Part shown: in pieces, positions 8,238-17,361 of the stretch
How positions within the stretch are numbered: position 1 is the stretch's first letter
Layout: the number at the start of each line of letters is the position of its first letter
From: Candidatus Pacearchaeota archaeon
Lineage (GTDB): Archaea > Nanobdellota > Nanobdellia > Pacearchaeales > GW2011-AR1
Direction of reading: 5' to 3'
NCBI GenBank assembly: GCA_018221285.1
Contig: JAAOYJ010000024.1
Span: 13,156-77,155, forward strand
DNA length: 64,000 nucleotides
Position numbers and translations under genes: made by a program
Notes under the pieces: model-generated
Databases searched by the model: none
What the model was told of the DNA's origin: nothing
Seen by the model: the letters and a program-made list of their open reading frames with translations, nothing else

Positions 8238-8842
8238 AAAACAATTTCTCTCAACGAAAACAATCAATCCTCTCGAAGGAGGATAAATCCTCGAGAGGGA
8301 AATGGGATGAGAAGATTGTTAAGTTGTGCGATAAGATAAATTCGTTTGAAGAATATTATACTACGTCGTCGTGTTCTGGAAGAGTTGTGATTATGATTGA
8401 CCAGGATAAAAAGGAGAGTGATTTGTTTTTGAAGGTTTGGCATGATTTGATTTCGTTAAGTCAGTTGAGAGAAGAATTGAAGGAGATTGATAAGGATTCG
8501 GTTAAATTTAAGCAAAAGCAAGACCAAAGATCTTCCATCTGTCCAAACTTAGTTAAGTTTAAACAGGAGCCATGCATACTTCATATTGATTGCAGGACTA
8601 TTGATGATGCTAAGAGATTGTTGGATAAAGCTAGATTAGCAGGTTGGAAAAAGTCAGGAATAATTTCTTTGGGAGAGAGGATAATTGTTGAATTGAATGG
8701 GACAGATAAGTTGGAGTTTCCGATTATGAAGAGTGGAAAGATATTGGTTGGAGAGGATTTTTTGGAAGTAATTGTTGAAAAGTCTAATGATAATTTGAAA
8801 AAGAGCTGGAGTAAGATTGGGAAGTTGAAGAATTTATTCTAA
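8234..8842 (+). CDS. taw3: tRNA wybutosine/wyosine-synthesizing protein 3 (Taw3/TYW3-like methyltransferase)
   Basis: DEKIVKLCDKINSFEEYYTTSSCSGRVVIM matches the TYW3 signature ...YYTTSSCSGR. Confidence 0.75.
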   Translation: MKNNFSQRKQSILSKEDKSSRGKWDEKIVKLCDKINSFEEYYTTSSCSGRVVIMIDQDKKESDLFLKVWHDLISLSQLREELKEIDKDSVKFKQKQDQRSSICPNLVKFKQEPCILHIDCRTIDDAKRLLDKARLAGWKKSGIISLGERIIVELNGTDKLEFPIMKSGKILVGEDFLEVIVEKSNDNLKKSWSKIGKLKNLF

Positions 8843-9048
8843 ATAAAATCCATCTTCTAACACAGAAATATTTATATAGAACAAGCTATTTAATTTATTA
8901 TAATATTAATTTTACTTGGCGGTTAATTAATATTTATGTAGGGAGGTGATTCCTCTTTTTCTTTAACAATAGTTGGAAGTTTGCGAACTATTTAAATATT
9001 TCGCTAAAGCAGGCCAACAAATAGAATTGAAAGGAGGTTAAAAAATAA

Positions 9049-10128
9049 ATGGTGTTAGATTTTGCAAAAGAAGCGATACAAAAAACAGAGAGCCACAGTA
9101 TTAACTTTGACGAGTTAAGAGCAGGGAAAGCCAACATTAAAGTTATTGGTGTTGGAGGATGTGGGAATAATATGGCGACATGGCTTTTTAATAAAGGAAT
9201 TATGGGGGCTACAATCTATGCAGCGAATACGGATGCACTTCACCTGAGTGTTACAAAAGCTGATGAGAAAATTCTTATTGGAAAGGAATTGACTAAAGGA
9301 TTGGGTGCTGGTGGACGACCAATGACTGGAAAGGAAGCTGCTAAGGAGGCTCTTGTAGATCTTAAGAAAGCTATTTCAGGAGCAGATATGATATTTGTTC
9401 TGGCTGGAATGGGTGGTGGAACAGGAACTGGAGCAGCACCTGTAGTGGCACAACTCGCAAAAGAGACTGGTGCGGTAGTAATTAGTGTTGTTACAATGCC
9501 TTTTGAAGCAGAGAAAGCTAGAATCGATAAAGCTGAATTTGGCTTGCAGGAACTTAGAGATGTGACTGATACATGTATTGTCCTTGATAATAACAGACTT
9601 GTTGATATTGCTGGGCAACTTCCGATTGAACAGGCTTTTGCTGTTGCGAACGAGTTGGTTAGTACAATGGTTAAAGGAATTGTAGAGACAATTACACTTC
9701 CGAGTTTGATTAACTTGGATTATGCAGATGTTTCTTCGATTATGAAGAACGGAGATGTAGCTGTGATTGGAATTGGTGAATCGAATACACAAGATCGTGT
9801 GAATGATGCTGTTCAGCAGGCCCTTACTCATCCTCTACTTGATGTGGATTATAAAGGTGCTACTGGAGCTTTGATTCATATAACTTGCGGCCCTGATTTG
9901 AAGTTAGAAGAGTTTGATGTAATTGGTCGGTCGGTTTCAGAGAATTTAAATCCAGAAGCGAATGTTATTATTGGAGCGAGAATCAGTAAGGATTTTATTG
10001 GGAAGGTTCGAGTGATTACAATAATGACTGGAGTTAAGTCTCCTTATGTAATGGGTAAGAGTATGGATGATCACACTTTACCTGTGTCCAGGGAGATGTC
10101 TGATTTAGGAATTGAGGTCTTGAGATAA
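9049..10128 (+). CDS. ftsZ: cell division protein FtsZ
   Basis: GVGGCGNNM and the tubulin signature GGGTGTGAAPVVA. Strong GGAGGT Shine-Dalgarno sequence upstream of the ATG. Confidence 0.95.
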   Translation: MVLDFAKEAIQKTESHSINFDELRAGKANIKVIGVGGCGNNMATWLFNKGIMGATIYAANTDALHLSVTKADEKILIGKELTKGLGAGGRPMTGKEAAKEALVDLKKAISGADMIFVLAGMGGGTGTGAAPVVAQLAKETGAVVISVVTMPFEAEKARIDKAEFGLQELRDVTDTCIVLDNNRLVDIAGQLPIEQAFAVANELVSTMVKGIVETITLPSLINLDYADVSSIMKNGDVAVIGIGESNTQDRVNDAVQQALTHPLLDVDYKGATGALIHITCGPDLKLEEFDVIGRSVSENLNPEANVIIGARISKDFIGKVRVITIMTGVKSPYVMGKSMDDHTLPVSREMSDLGIEVLR

Positions 10129-10146
10129 TTTGTTTTTATTATTTAT

Positions 10147-10176
10147 CCCCTCTTCGGAGGGGCTTTTTTCTTTTTT
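10147..10176. terminator. hairpin CCCCTC-TTCG-GAGGGG followed by a T-run
   Basis: Perfect 6-bp GC stem with a TTCG loop, then CTTTTTTCTTTTTT. Lies between convergent ftsZ and the 10202..10876 gene. Confidence 0.5.
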
Positions 10177-10201
10177 AGAATTTATTTGGTATTTCTTTTT
10201 A

Positions 10202-10876
10202 TCAAGTCGTTAGAAATAAACCATATAATAAACCCATTAGAAAAGGGATTATTATTAATGTTAAAATAATTACTGTGAGGCAAGCCCATGGGCCAACTCT
10301 TTTTTCGTTTTCCCTGTCGTCTATTATTCTATTTATTTCGTATTGTAAATAAAGAAAGTTAAATATTAGAGTAAAAAACCAAGAAGCTTTTCTTGTGCCC
10401 CCTTTATTTGTCATAGTTTGATTTAAGATTGTTCTTGTATTGAAAGCGAGTTTAAGGGACAAGTAAATTAATAAGATTGTAAATATAAACCCTATTGAGA
10501 GAAGGATTAGGCCTAAAGTAGTTTCTAAAAAGACATTAATTTTATCTTTAAAGAATAGATTAGCAATTTGGAGGATTATAATAATTATCATAAATATCAA
10601 ATAAGTTATCGCTGCTCCTTTACTTAATTTTTTTTGAGTTTTTAAATTATCAAATTCTGGTTTTCTTTTAATATACCAAATTGCAGGATAAATCCCAAGA
10701 GTTATAATGCTTAGAAACCAGAGCCAAACTACGCTCTTTTTCTGGGGAACTTTTGGACCTGGTTGAGTTTCTGTTTGGACCTTTTTTGTTTGCGGCACTT
10801 TTTTTAGAGGTTGTTGATTTGGAGGGGTTGTTTGAATCACCTTTTTTTTCACAACTTTTTTAATTTGATTATTCAT
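10202..10876 (-). CDS. multi-pass membrane protein (DUF4234-like motif)
   Basis: K/P/Q-rich N-terminus, then TM helices. LGIYPAIWYIKRK resembles DUF4234. Confidence 0.45.
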   Translation of the reverse strand: MNNQIKKVVKKKVIQTTPPNQQPLKKVPQTKKVQTETQPGPKVPQKKSVVWLWFLSIITLGIYPAIWYIKRKPEFDNLKTQKKLSKGAAITYLIFMIIIIILQIANLFFKDKINVFLETTLGLILLSIGFIFTILLIYLSLKLAFNTRTILNQTMTNKGGTRKASWFFTLIFNFLYLQYEINRIIDDRENEKRVGPWACLTVIILTLIIIPFLMGLLYGLFLTT

Positions 10877-10878
10877 CT

Positions 10879-11436
10879 TTAAACATCCAATGTTTTTGGA
10901 ACCTTCATTTTTTTGTTTTTGAATTTGTGGAAGTAAAGGACATTGTCCAAATCAATCTTTGCTTTTCGTGTTCGCTTTTTGTTGAATTCATACCCTATTG
11001 GAAAGATTGCTTCTACATGTATGTCCTTTGGGATTTTTACAGCCTCTTTTATTATCCTGTCTACGAAATGTCCTATCCAACAAGTTGCTAGTTTTTTCTC
11101 CTCGATTTTCAATAAGAAGTTTTGAATTGCTGCCCCTGCTTGCTGTCTACAATACCTTTCCCCTCTCTCCTCATAAGCATTTAATGTTATTCTTGGATCT
11201 GAGCAGACAACTACGACATATTTTACTTGTTTGATAAACTCTTGTTGAGATGCTTCAGCAAGTTTATTGATTGTTTTTTCGTCGTCAATTAGAACAAACC
11301 TCAATGTGAAACAGTCGCCTGCCATTGGGGCAAATCGCGCAGCATCAATACAGTCGATGATATCTCTCCAATCTGGCTTTTTATCTTTGAACTTTCTTGT
11401 GCTATGTCTTCCTTGAATTGCTTTGTCAAGTTGCAT
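10879..11436 (-). CDS. nitroreductase family protein
   Basis: N-terminal AIQGRHSTRKF motif. Length and layout fit NADH oxidase/nitroreductase. Confidence 0.7.
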   Translation of the reverse strand: MQLDKAIQGRHSTRKFKDKKPDWRDIIDCIDAARFAPMAGDCFTLRFVLIDDEKTINKLAEASQQEFIKQVKYVVVVCSDPRITLNAYEERGERYCRQQAGAAIQNFLLKIEEKKLATCWIGHFVDRIIKEAVKIPKDIHVEAIFPIGYEFNKKRTRKAKIDLDNVLYFHKFKNKKMKVPKTLDV

Positions 11437-11474
11437 GGTTGGGTTAAGAGAAATAGGTTAATAAATATTAGGGT

Positions 11475-11870
11475 TTAGGCTGCTAATCTTCTTATATAAT
11501 TCTGTTCGTAACTCAATGCTTTTTTTGATAAGTTACTACAAATGTCTCTGAGTTCAGGAAGATCTTTAGAAGAAAGTAAATTAATATCTTTTAATTTTTT
11601 TGCTAACAAACTTGTTTGCAAAGCAACTTCTTTAGAATGCCTTTGTTTTTTACCTAATGCTTCCCATATTATTAAGCTCTCTGAAATATCTCTGTGTAAA
11701 TATCCTTCTTTACTCTTTTGCCTAACCCCTTTTCTTAGATATGATGCTAATTTTTTAACATGTCTATAATCTTCTTTTGTTGCTGTCCCGAGAATATGAT
11801 TGTCAATCCCTAATGCTGCTCCAATAGCGAGCCATTTTAAGTCATATTCCATATTAATTATAATCTTCAT
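11475..11870 (-). CDS. hypothetical protein (131 aa)
   Basis: ORF track; no motif recognised. Confidence 0.4.
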   Translation of the reverse strand: MKIIINMEYDLKWLAIGAALGIDNHILGTATKEDYRHVKKLASYLRKGVRQKSKEGYLHRDISESLIIWEALGKKQRHSKEVALQTSLLAKKLKDINLLSSKDLPELRDICSNLSKKALSYEQNYIRRLAA

Positions 11871-11892
11871 CTATATTTAAGAATTGTTGTGT

Positions 11893-12132
11893 TTAATCTT
11901 CACATTGACTAACACTTGCATTGCAGCAAGAAGTGAATCCTTTGCAATCATATTGTTCAGGATAACTTTCCATAACTAAAAGTTGGCCCATGCAGAAGCA
12001 ACTCTTGCATTCTATGATTTCTCCCTCTGAGTTTATCTTGAATGGTTTGTAGTTTTGTATTAGGGCTTTGCTGATTAGAAGTCCTAGAATAATCCCCGCG
12101 ATTATGATCAGAGCAATTGTTTTTTTGTTCAT
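11893..12132 (-). CDS. small secreted/anchored Cys-rich protein (79 aa)
   Basis: N-terminal hydrophobic helix, then 8 Cys in about 45 aa. Confidence 0.4.
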   Translation of the reverse strand: MNKKTIALIIIAGIILGLLISKALIQNYKPFKINSEGEIIECKSCFCMGQLLVMESYPEQYDCKGFTSCCNASVSQCED

Positions 12133-12177
12133 AAGAGTAAGAGTTCTTATTAGTTATTAAATTTATTGAATGGTAAA

Positions 12178-12186
12178 CTTTAAAAG
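12178..12186 (+). promoter_or_regulatory. TATA-like box CTTTAAAAG for tRNA-Asn
   Basis: Centred about 28 nt upstream of the tRNA 5' end. The other two tRNAs show the same spacing. Confidence 0.45.
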
Positions 12187-12209
12187 ATAATGTACTTTCT
12201 AGTTTTTAG

Positions 12210-12324
12210 GTCCTGGTAGCTCAGTTGGTAGAGCGATCGGCTGTTAAGTACCATCAAGATGGTTCATTCCGTATCTTGAGATACAGAAACCGATAGGTCG
12301 TAGGTTCGAGTCCTACCTGGGACG
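12210..12324 (+). tRNA. tRNA-Asn (GTT) with an intron of about 41 nt in the anticodon loop
   Basis: Manual fold: acceptor GTCCTGG/CTGGGAC, D-arm GCTC-AGTTGGTA-GAGC, anticodon stem ATCGG/CCGAT, loop CTGTTAA, T-arm GTAGG-TTCGAGT-CCTAC. A T6 run follows. No encoded CCA. Confidence 0.85.
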
Positions 12325-12328
12325 TTTT

Positions 12329-13042
12329 TTATTTTGCAATTCCCCATAATAAATCAAAGTAATTTCTATAGCTTTTTGCTAACTTCTCACTTTCAATTAG
12401 AACAATTAAGATAGGTTCTTCGTGAATGAATATTGCTACTTTGTTTCCATAAATAATTGTGGCTGCAGGAGATTGGTATTCTTTTGGAAGAAATTTCACT
12501 TTGTTTAGTTTCCATAAAGGAGCTTCGGTTCCTTCAGTTGCGAGAATCTTTGCTCGTATATTTTTCTCTCTTCGCTGGCGTGCCCATTGCTCTGTATAAA
12601 GAGAGAGATCTTCTTTGAATTTTCCTTGAGACCCAAGCACATAAAAATCCTTTTCAGTATCAACAATATCTTTCATGATGTTTCTTTCTCCTTGGAATCC
12701 TACAAAAATTTGGGCTGGAGAAATTGATTTTGATTCGCCTTTGAGTGAATGAATTTTCTTAACTATCTCTTTAGCTAATTTATGTTTCTCCTTGGCTTTC
12801 TCTTCTTCTTCAAGTGCAATTTCTAATAATTTAGAGGGAGAAGTCGCAGAATATTCTTTTACCTTATTTTTTATAATAAAACTTACAAATCCTTTTTCAA
12901 GAAGCCGATCTAATACATCATATACTGTTGTACGATGAAGTTGAGTTTTCTTTATGAGTTCAGATACTAATGAAGAGCCAAGCCGAGTTAATGCAATGTA
13001 AACTTTCTCCTCGGTTTTTGTTAATCCAAATTCTTCAAGCAT
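12329..13042 (-). CDS. TrmB family transcriptional regulator
   Basis: N-terminal LEEFGLTKTEEKVYIALTRLGSSLVSELIKKTQLHRTTVYDVLDRLLEKGFVS is a typical TrmB wHTH. Confidence 0.8.
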   Translation of the reverse strand: MLEEFGLTKTEEKVYIALTRLGSSLVSELIKKTQLHRTTVYDVLDRLLEKGFVSFIIKNKVKEYSATSPSKLLEIALEEEEKAKEKHKLAKEIVKKIHSLKGESKSISPAQIFVGFQGERNIMKDIVDTEKDFYVLGSQGKFKEDLSLYTEQWARQRREKNIRAKILATEGTEAPLWKLNKVKFLPKEYQSPAATIIYGNKVAIFIHEEPILIVLIESEKLAKSYRNYFDLLWGIAK

Positions 13043-13097
13043 GTTGTCATGTTACATGACTACTATTGTTTAAATATGTTTCTAAGACAAGTTTGAT

Positions 13098-13268
13098 ATG
13101 AGAACACAAGGAGAAAACTACGTAAATGTAAAACAACTTGAAGAGGGAGTAGATGAGATTAGACGTAAATATGAGAAACCTCTTTTTAAAAAGGAAGAGA
13201 GAATGAATATCCTTTCTGATATTGGAGAGGATTGTAGGCAATGTTCATCGTGTCACGGGTGTAGGTAG
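13098..13268 (+). CDS. possible small ORF (56 aa) ending in CRQCSSCHGC
   Basis: Hand-translated; below the track cutoff. C-x2-C-x2-C-x2-C at the C-terminus. Stop lies 1 nt before the response-regulator ATG. Confidence 0.2.
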   Translation: MRTQGENYVNVKQLEEGVDEIRRKYEKPLFKKEERMNILSDIGEDCRQCSSCHGCR

Positions 13269-13269
13269 A

Positions 13270-13716
13270 ATGGAGAAAGAAAATAAATACTTAGCGAATG
13301 AAAGAATATTAATTGTAGATGATATTGAAGAGTGGTTAGAGATTACTAAGAATAATGCAGTGCATTATGGGGCACAAGATATTATTAATGCCAAAAATGT
13401 TAAGGATGGAGAAAGATTGTATTGTGAAGTTAGTCCAACAATCGTCTTTGCAGACATCAATTTTGATAAGAAAGATTTGGCAAATCAAGAAGGGTTGTCT
13501 TTGATTGAGAAAATATCCGAATCAAGATCAGAAGATTTGATTGCATTAGTTGCTATGTCTTCTTTACAAGCTATAGAAGATGCAACCAAAAAGACAGGAG
13601 CAGATTATTTCATAAATAAAAAATCATTTATGGAAGATTTTGATGGATTTATTGAGACTTATTTTCCAAATAATAATGATAGAACTACTCAAGAAAACAT
13701 ATCTCTTGAAGCCTGA
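13270..13716 (+). CDS. stand-alone response regulator receiver (CheY-like)
   Basis: ILIVDD, the phospho-acceptor-like FADINF, VAMSS and a conserved K (INKK) in canonical order. ATG 13270 preferred over the upstream alternative start. Confidence 0.7.
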   Translation: MEKENKYLANERILIVDDIEEWLEITKNNAVHYGAQDIINAKNVKDGERLYCEVSPTIVFADINFDKKDLANQEGLSLIEKISESRSEDLIALVAMSSLQAIEDATKKTGADYFINKKSFMEDFDGFIETYFPNNNDRTTQENISLEA

Positions 13717-14155
13717 AGATATAGAAATTGAACTGGATAAACATTATAAGAGATATCAAGAGATTCTTAATAGGACTAAGGAAATCTGGGAAGATATGAA
13801 TGAGGCCCGGGCGATTCTTTTTTTAACAGGACAAGTTTATTGCGAACAAATTGCTCCACAAGCAATAGAGAGAAGACTTCATTTGTTAAAAGAAAAAATG
13901 GAATTAGTTAAATTCTTTGAATTAATCGATAGTAATTCTGAACAACTTGAAGAATTGCGAAAAGATAGTTTATTTGTTGAATTGGAAAAGTTTTATAGAA
14001 TAATAAAAGAATATAAAAATAAATATGATAATGGTAAATTTTATCTTGATGAAGAGAGATTTATCAAAGTTTATAATTTGTTTAATCCAGATCCACAGGA
14101 TCTTGCAGGATATAAAGGAGAATTTGATAAGAAGAGTTTAGATTTTATGAAGTAA
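13643..14155 (+). CDS. hypothetical protein
   Basis: ORF track. The 5' end overlaps the receiver gene, so the true start is uncertain (ATG 13643 or 13676). Confidence 0.35.
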   Translation: MDLLRLIFQIIMIELLKKTYLLKPEDIEIELDKHYKRYQEILNRTKEIWEDMNEARAILFLTGQVYCEQIAPQAIERRLHLLKEKMELVKFFELIDSNSEQLEELRKDSLFVELEKFYRIIKEYKNKYDNGKFYLDEERFIKVYNLFNPDPQDLAGYKGEFDKKSLDFMK

Positions 14156-14174
14156 TCATCACTTCAAACCCATA

Positions 14175-14486
14175 TCAATAAGAACAAATCTTCATAATAG
14201 ATAATCTGTTTTTGGGGTGTACGAAATTATAGAAGGCTCCCTTTATATTCCCCCATGTTTGGCCACTTTCTTTTAATTTGGCCCCTATGTGATAAATTGA
14301 TTCATAAAATGTCCAATCCTTACGAGGTCTTTGAATACGTTCTTTTGTTGTTGATATTTCAACTCCATCAATCCCATCCCTAACTACTTCCTCTAAATCT
14401 GCCCAATTTGTTTTTTCTCCACGAGTAAGAATGTAATTAGTTAGGACCTTCCATTTAATTGAATCCAAAGCTTTTTTTAATTCCAT
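14175..14486 (-). CDS. hypothetical protein (103 aa)
   Basis: ORF track. Shares the KLKESG motif with the ORF at 6303..6629. Confidence 0.4.
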   Translation of the reverse strand: MELKKALDSIKWKVLTNYILTRGEKTNWADLEEVVRDGIDGVEISTTKERIQRPRKDWTFYESIYHIGAKLKESGQTWGNIKGAFYNFVHPKNRLSIMKICSY

Positions 14487-14534
14487 CCAATTTTGTTATT
14501 TTATTAATATAAAAATATTATTGTGATTAAGTCC

Positions 14535-15032
14535 TCATTTCAAACCCAAATCAACAGGATCTTTTATTTGGTTTCTTTCGAGAGTAGCGTAGACGTTTCC
14601 TTGTTTTGAGCCTTTGATTATTGAGATGATTGCTTCTTGTGCGTTTTCTATGAATTCTGGAGGGCCGATGATTCCGACGAAATTGTTTTTTATTTCGAAG
14701 TGGCAGTTTGTTAGATTACAAAGAGTTTTCAATGTTTTTCCTTTTGTTCCTATAATTCTTGCCTTGATTCTTCCCATATCTTTTTTTGTTGTGTGTTCTT
14801 TTATGTTTATTATTTCAAGTATGAAATCATGTTCTTTTATCTCCATAGTGTCAGAGAATGGAAAACCAAAGTTCAGGGCATCTATGACTTTCTCTGCAGT
14901 ATATTCGTCTTTTGGCTTGCCATTAATTGTGACTTCTTTACCCCTGTTAGTTATTTTAACATTCAGGATTTTCTCTAGCTTCTTTCTTGCTCTTGTTATC
15001 CTTGGGAGTTTTGGTGAGAGGATGGTTTTCAT
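14535..15032 (-). CDS. KH-domain RNA-binding protein (archaeal Dim2/Pno1-like)
   Basis: Two KH-like modules with IIGTKGKTLKTL (G-x-x-G). Size is typical of aDim2p. Confidence 0.65.
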   Translation of the reverse strand: MKTILSPKLPRITRARKKLEKILNVKITNRGKEVTINGKPKDEYTAEKVIDALNFGFPFSDTMEIKEHDFILEIINIKEHTTKKDMGRIKARIIGTKGKTLKTLCNLTNCHFEIKNNFVGIIGPPEFIENAQEAIISIIKGSKQGNVYATLERNQIKDPVDLGLK

Positions 15033-15063
15033 GGTTGGGTGAAGAGAAAGAGATATTTAAAAT

Positions 15064-15205
15064 GCTCGCTGACGCTACTCGCGACCTCGCACGAGTGATT
15101 AATTCTTAGCACTCTCTACCACGAAATCGCTAGGATTAATAAGAGTTATTAATGGAAAAGAACTTAATACGTTGAGTAACTATTTGATTTTTTGTTAATA
15201 GTTTT
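15064..15205 (+). repeat. mosaic intergenic repeat, copy B
   Basis: GCTCGCTGACGC + ACTCGCGACCTCGCACGAGT...CTCTCTACCACGAAATCGCT module + AGAGTTATTAATGGAAAAGAACTTAATACGTTGAGTAACTA + TTTTTTGTTAATAGTTTT. Confidence 0.8.
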
Positions 15206-15226
15206 AAGAATTATGAGTGGAACGAA

Positions 15227-15556
15227 TTAGAATTCACTCTTTTCATCTTTCAAATGACCATTCTTCTTTAGCCATGCAATTTGATTTGGCTTGTATTTTA
15301 GTAAAAGATCTCCTTTTGTATCGTCTAGTTCCCATGGCTGAACAATAACCACATCGTCTGGTCTAAGCCATAACCTTCTTCTTAGTCTTCCAGGAACCCT
15401 ACAGTTTCTTTGTTTTCCATCAAGACAATGAACCATCATTTTATTTCCCCCAAGCCTTTGCTCGATAATTCCAATAACTTCGCCTTGTTTTGGAAGAGGA
15501 GCTCTTATGATTCTTGGTTCGTCGTCAGGATTTGGTCTCTTGAAAGATTTAGCCAT
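15227..15556 (-). CDS. eif1a: translation initiation factor aIF-1A
   Basis: S1-like OB core GGNKMMVHCLDGKQRNCRVPGRLRRRLWLRPDDVVIVQPWE. Confidence 0.9.
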   Translation of the reverse strand: MAKSFKRPNPDDEPRIIRAPLPKQGEVIGIIEQRLGGNKMMVHCLDGKQRNCRVPGRLRRRLWLRPDDVVIVQPWELDDTKGDLLLKYKPNQIAWLKKNGHLKDEKSEF

Positions 15557-15606
15557 GTTAAATGAAAAAGAGAGAGGTTTATAAAATTAGGGGTTTTAAT
15601 TTTGTG

Positions 15607-16146
15607 ATGCAGCCAGTATCGAGGGGATATGGGAAATTGAAGTTTGCTTTGGAGAAGTTTAATATAGATTTGGAAGGGAAAATATGCGCTGATCTTGGTT
15701 CATCAACAGGAGGGTTTGTCCAGGTTATTTTAGAAGCTAATTGTAAGAAAGTTTATTCTGTTGAAACGTCAAAGAATCGTTTACATTTTGTTTTGAAGGA
15801 TGATTCGCGGGTTGTTGTTATGGATAAGACGAATGCGCTTCATGTTGATCTTCCTGAGAAGGTTGATTTTATTTCTGTTGATGTTGGATGGACAAAGCAG
15901 AAATTGGTTATTCCAAATGTTGTAAAGAATCTGAAAGATAATGGGGTTATTGTTAGTTTAGTTAAGCCACATTATGAGTCTGGTGAGAAGTTAGTAAAGG
16001 AAGAAGATTTGAAGAGTATCTTGGAGAAGGTTAAAGAAGAGATTAGTGAATATGTTAAGGTGATTGATATTGCTGAATCGCCGATTGTTGGAGCAAAAGG
16101 TAAGAATAAGGAATTTTTTGTGTTGTGTGAGAAGAAATTAAAGTAA
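15607..16146 (+). CDS. TlyA/FtsJ-like rRNA methyltransferase (no S4 domain)
   Basis: VSRGYGKL...ADLGSSTGGFVQV SAM-binding motif. ATG 15607 preferred because TTTATAAAATT sits about 25 nt upstream. The track start 15562 would lie 5 nt from the divergent aIF-1A start. Confidence 0.65.
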   Translation: MQPVSRGYGKLKFALEKFNIDLEGKICADLGSSTGGFVQVILEANCKKVYSVETSKNRLHFVLKDDSRVVVMDKTNALHVDLPEKVDFISVDVGWTKQKLVIPNVVKNLKDNGVIVSLVKPHYESGEKLVKEEDLKSILEKVKEEISEYVKVIDIAESPIVGAKGKNKEFFVLCEKKLK

Positions 16147-16437
16147 GACCAATGCAAACGGCACACCATCTATTTTTTTGAATCCGTCTTCTGGGATGAT
16201 CCCTGCTTTGATTGCGCAGTTTACTGATTTTTCTCCTATGATGGTGAATGTGGCGTCTTCCCTTGAGAAATTTTGCATAATCTTAATTACTTCTTCCTCT
16301 GAAGTCTCTTCTCCCCCAAAGAAGCTTTCTTTAACATCTAACTGGAATTTTCCTTCGTAGAATTTTTTATTGAGAAGTTCAGAATCACAAATAGCAACAA
16401 TCTCTCTATATGATTGGATTATTTTTATTAATATCAT
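16138..16437 (-). CDS. DUF424 family archaeal protein
   Basis: The pattern VAICDSELLNKKF...GVPFALVL is typical of DUF424. Confidence 0.55.
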   Translation of the reverse strand: MILIKIIQSYREIVAICDSELLNKKFYEGKFQLDVKESFFGGEETSEEEVIKIMQNFSREDATFTIIGEKSVNCAIKAGIIPEDGFKKIDGVPFALVLL

Positions 16438-16481
16438 TCTATAAAAAAGAAAAAAAAGAGCTTTAAAAAATTAATTAAAAT

Positions 16482-16673
16482 CTAAAAAGATTTTTTAGCG
16501 CCGTCTGCGATTGCTTTTTCTGCGTTGTCTTTAGACATCATTGCACACATCTTACATCCGCAAGCTGTACAAATTCCTTTCGCCATAAATCCGCCTTTTG
16601 CAGTCTGACAAATTTCTGGATCTTTCATCTCTTGTCCTTTTTTCTTACACTTAACACAATATCCTGTTACCAT
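16482..16673 (-). CDS. small zinc-ribbon protein (DUF5679-like)
   Basis: YCVKCKKKGQEMKDPE...KGICTACGCKM gives two CxxC pairs. Confidence 0.5.
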   Translation of the reverse strand: MVTGYCVKCKKKGQEMKDPEICQTAKGGFMAKGICTACGCKMCAMMSKDNAEKAIADGAKKSF

Positions 16674-16768
16674 TTTTTTTAATCCTCAGTTTAATTAGTG
16701 AATTCCGAAGAATTGCTTGATTTATAGAGGGAATTTTGTTTTATAAGGGTTTTGATTGGAAGGATTGT

Positions 16769-16858
16769 CTCGCTAACGCGAGGATTAGAGAAGAAGTAGT
16801 TAATGAATTAGCTTCGCATAATACGTTGGGTAACTTACAATATTCTTTTTTGTTAATA
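16769..16858 (+). repeat. mosaic intergenic repeat, copy C
   Basis: CTCGC-TAAC-GCGAG hairpin + GAGAAGAAGTAGTTAATGAATTAGCTTCGCATAATACGTTGGGTAACTTA + TTTTTTGTTAATAA. Confidence 0.85.
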
Positions 16859-16901
16859 AATCTTATCAATTTGCGAACACAGGTGAGCAAGTAGAATAAA
16901 G

Positions 16902-17309
16902 TTAAATCTTCCCTCTCACACTATGCTTTGCACCGCATGCAAGGCAATGAATGAATGTTAATCGGTCTTGTTTCTTAAGTTCTGTGTCTGGCTTTCCGCA
17001 TTCTTTACACAGTACAAACTCCTTGACGTATTGTTCTATCTTCTGATTTATCTTCGCGCTTGGAACTTTTATGTTTAGAACAAGCCTGTCACCGTCTTTA
17101 TGGCCTGAAGCTGCGAGTTCTCTTAACATGAATTTCTGAAAATGCTCTGGGTTTCTCCTTATGTGAGACACTATCTGAAAGAAGTTTGTCAAAATGGTTT
17201 TCTTTCCTTCAAAATGCCCTTCAACCTTTGGAATCTCAAACCTTCCACTAGCAACATCAACTTTCTTTACTTTCTTGTAAGCTTCATCAAGTAATTGTTC
17301 GTATGTCAT
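16902..17309 (-). CDS. eif2b: translation initiation factor aIF-2 subunit beta
   Basis: YEQLLDEAY N-terminus and a C-terminal CKECGKPDT...CLACGA zinc ribbon. Confidence 0.9.
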   Translation of the reverse strand: MTYEQLLDEAYKKVKKVDVASGRFEIPKVEGHFEGKKTILTNFFQIVSHIRRNPEHFQKFMLRELAASGHKDGDRLVLNIKVPSAKINQKIEQYVKEFVLCKECGKPDTELKKQDRLTFIHCLACGAKHSVRGKI

Positions 17310-17361
17310 GAGATTATCTATTATAGGCGCTTTAATAAGGTTTTGATATTTAGAAATAGTT

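Noticed and set aside
16790-16835. The repeat core as a C/D-box sRNA (TAATGAAT as box C, CTGA words nearby).
   Set aside because: No consistent RUGAUGA/CUGA pair at proper spacing is conserved across copies.
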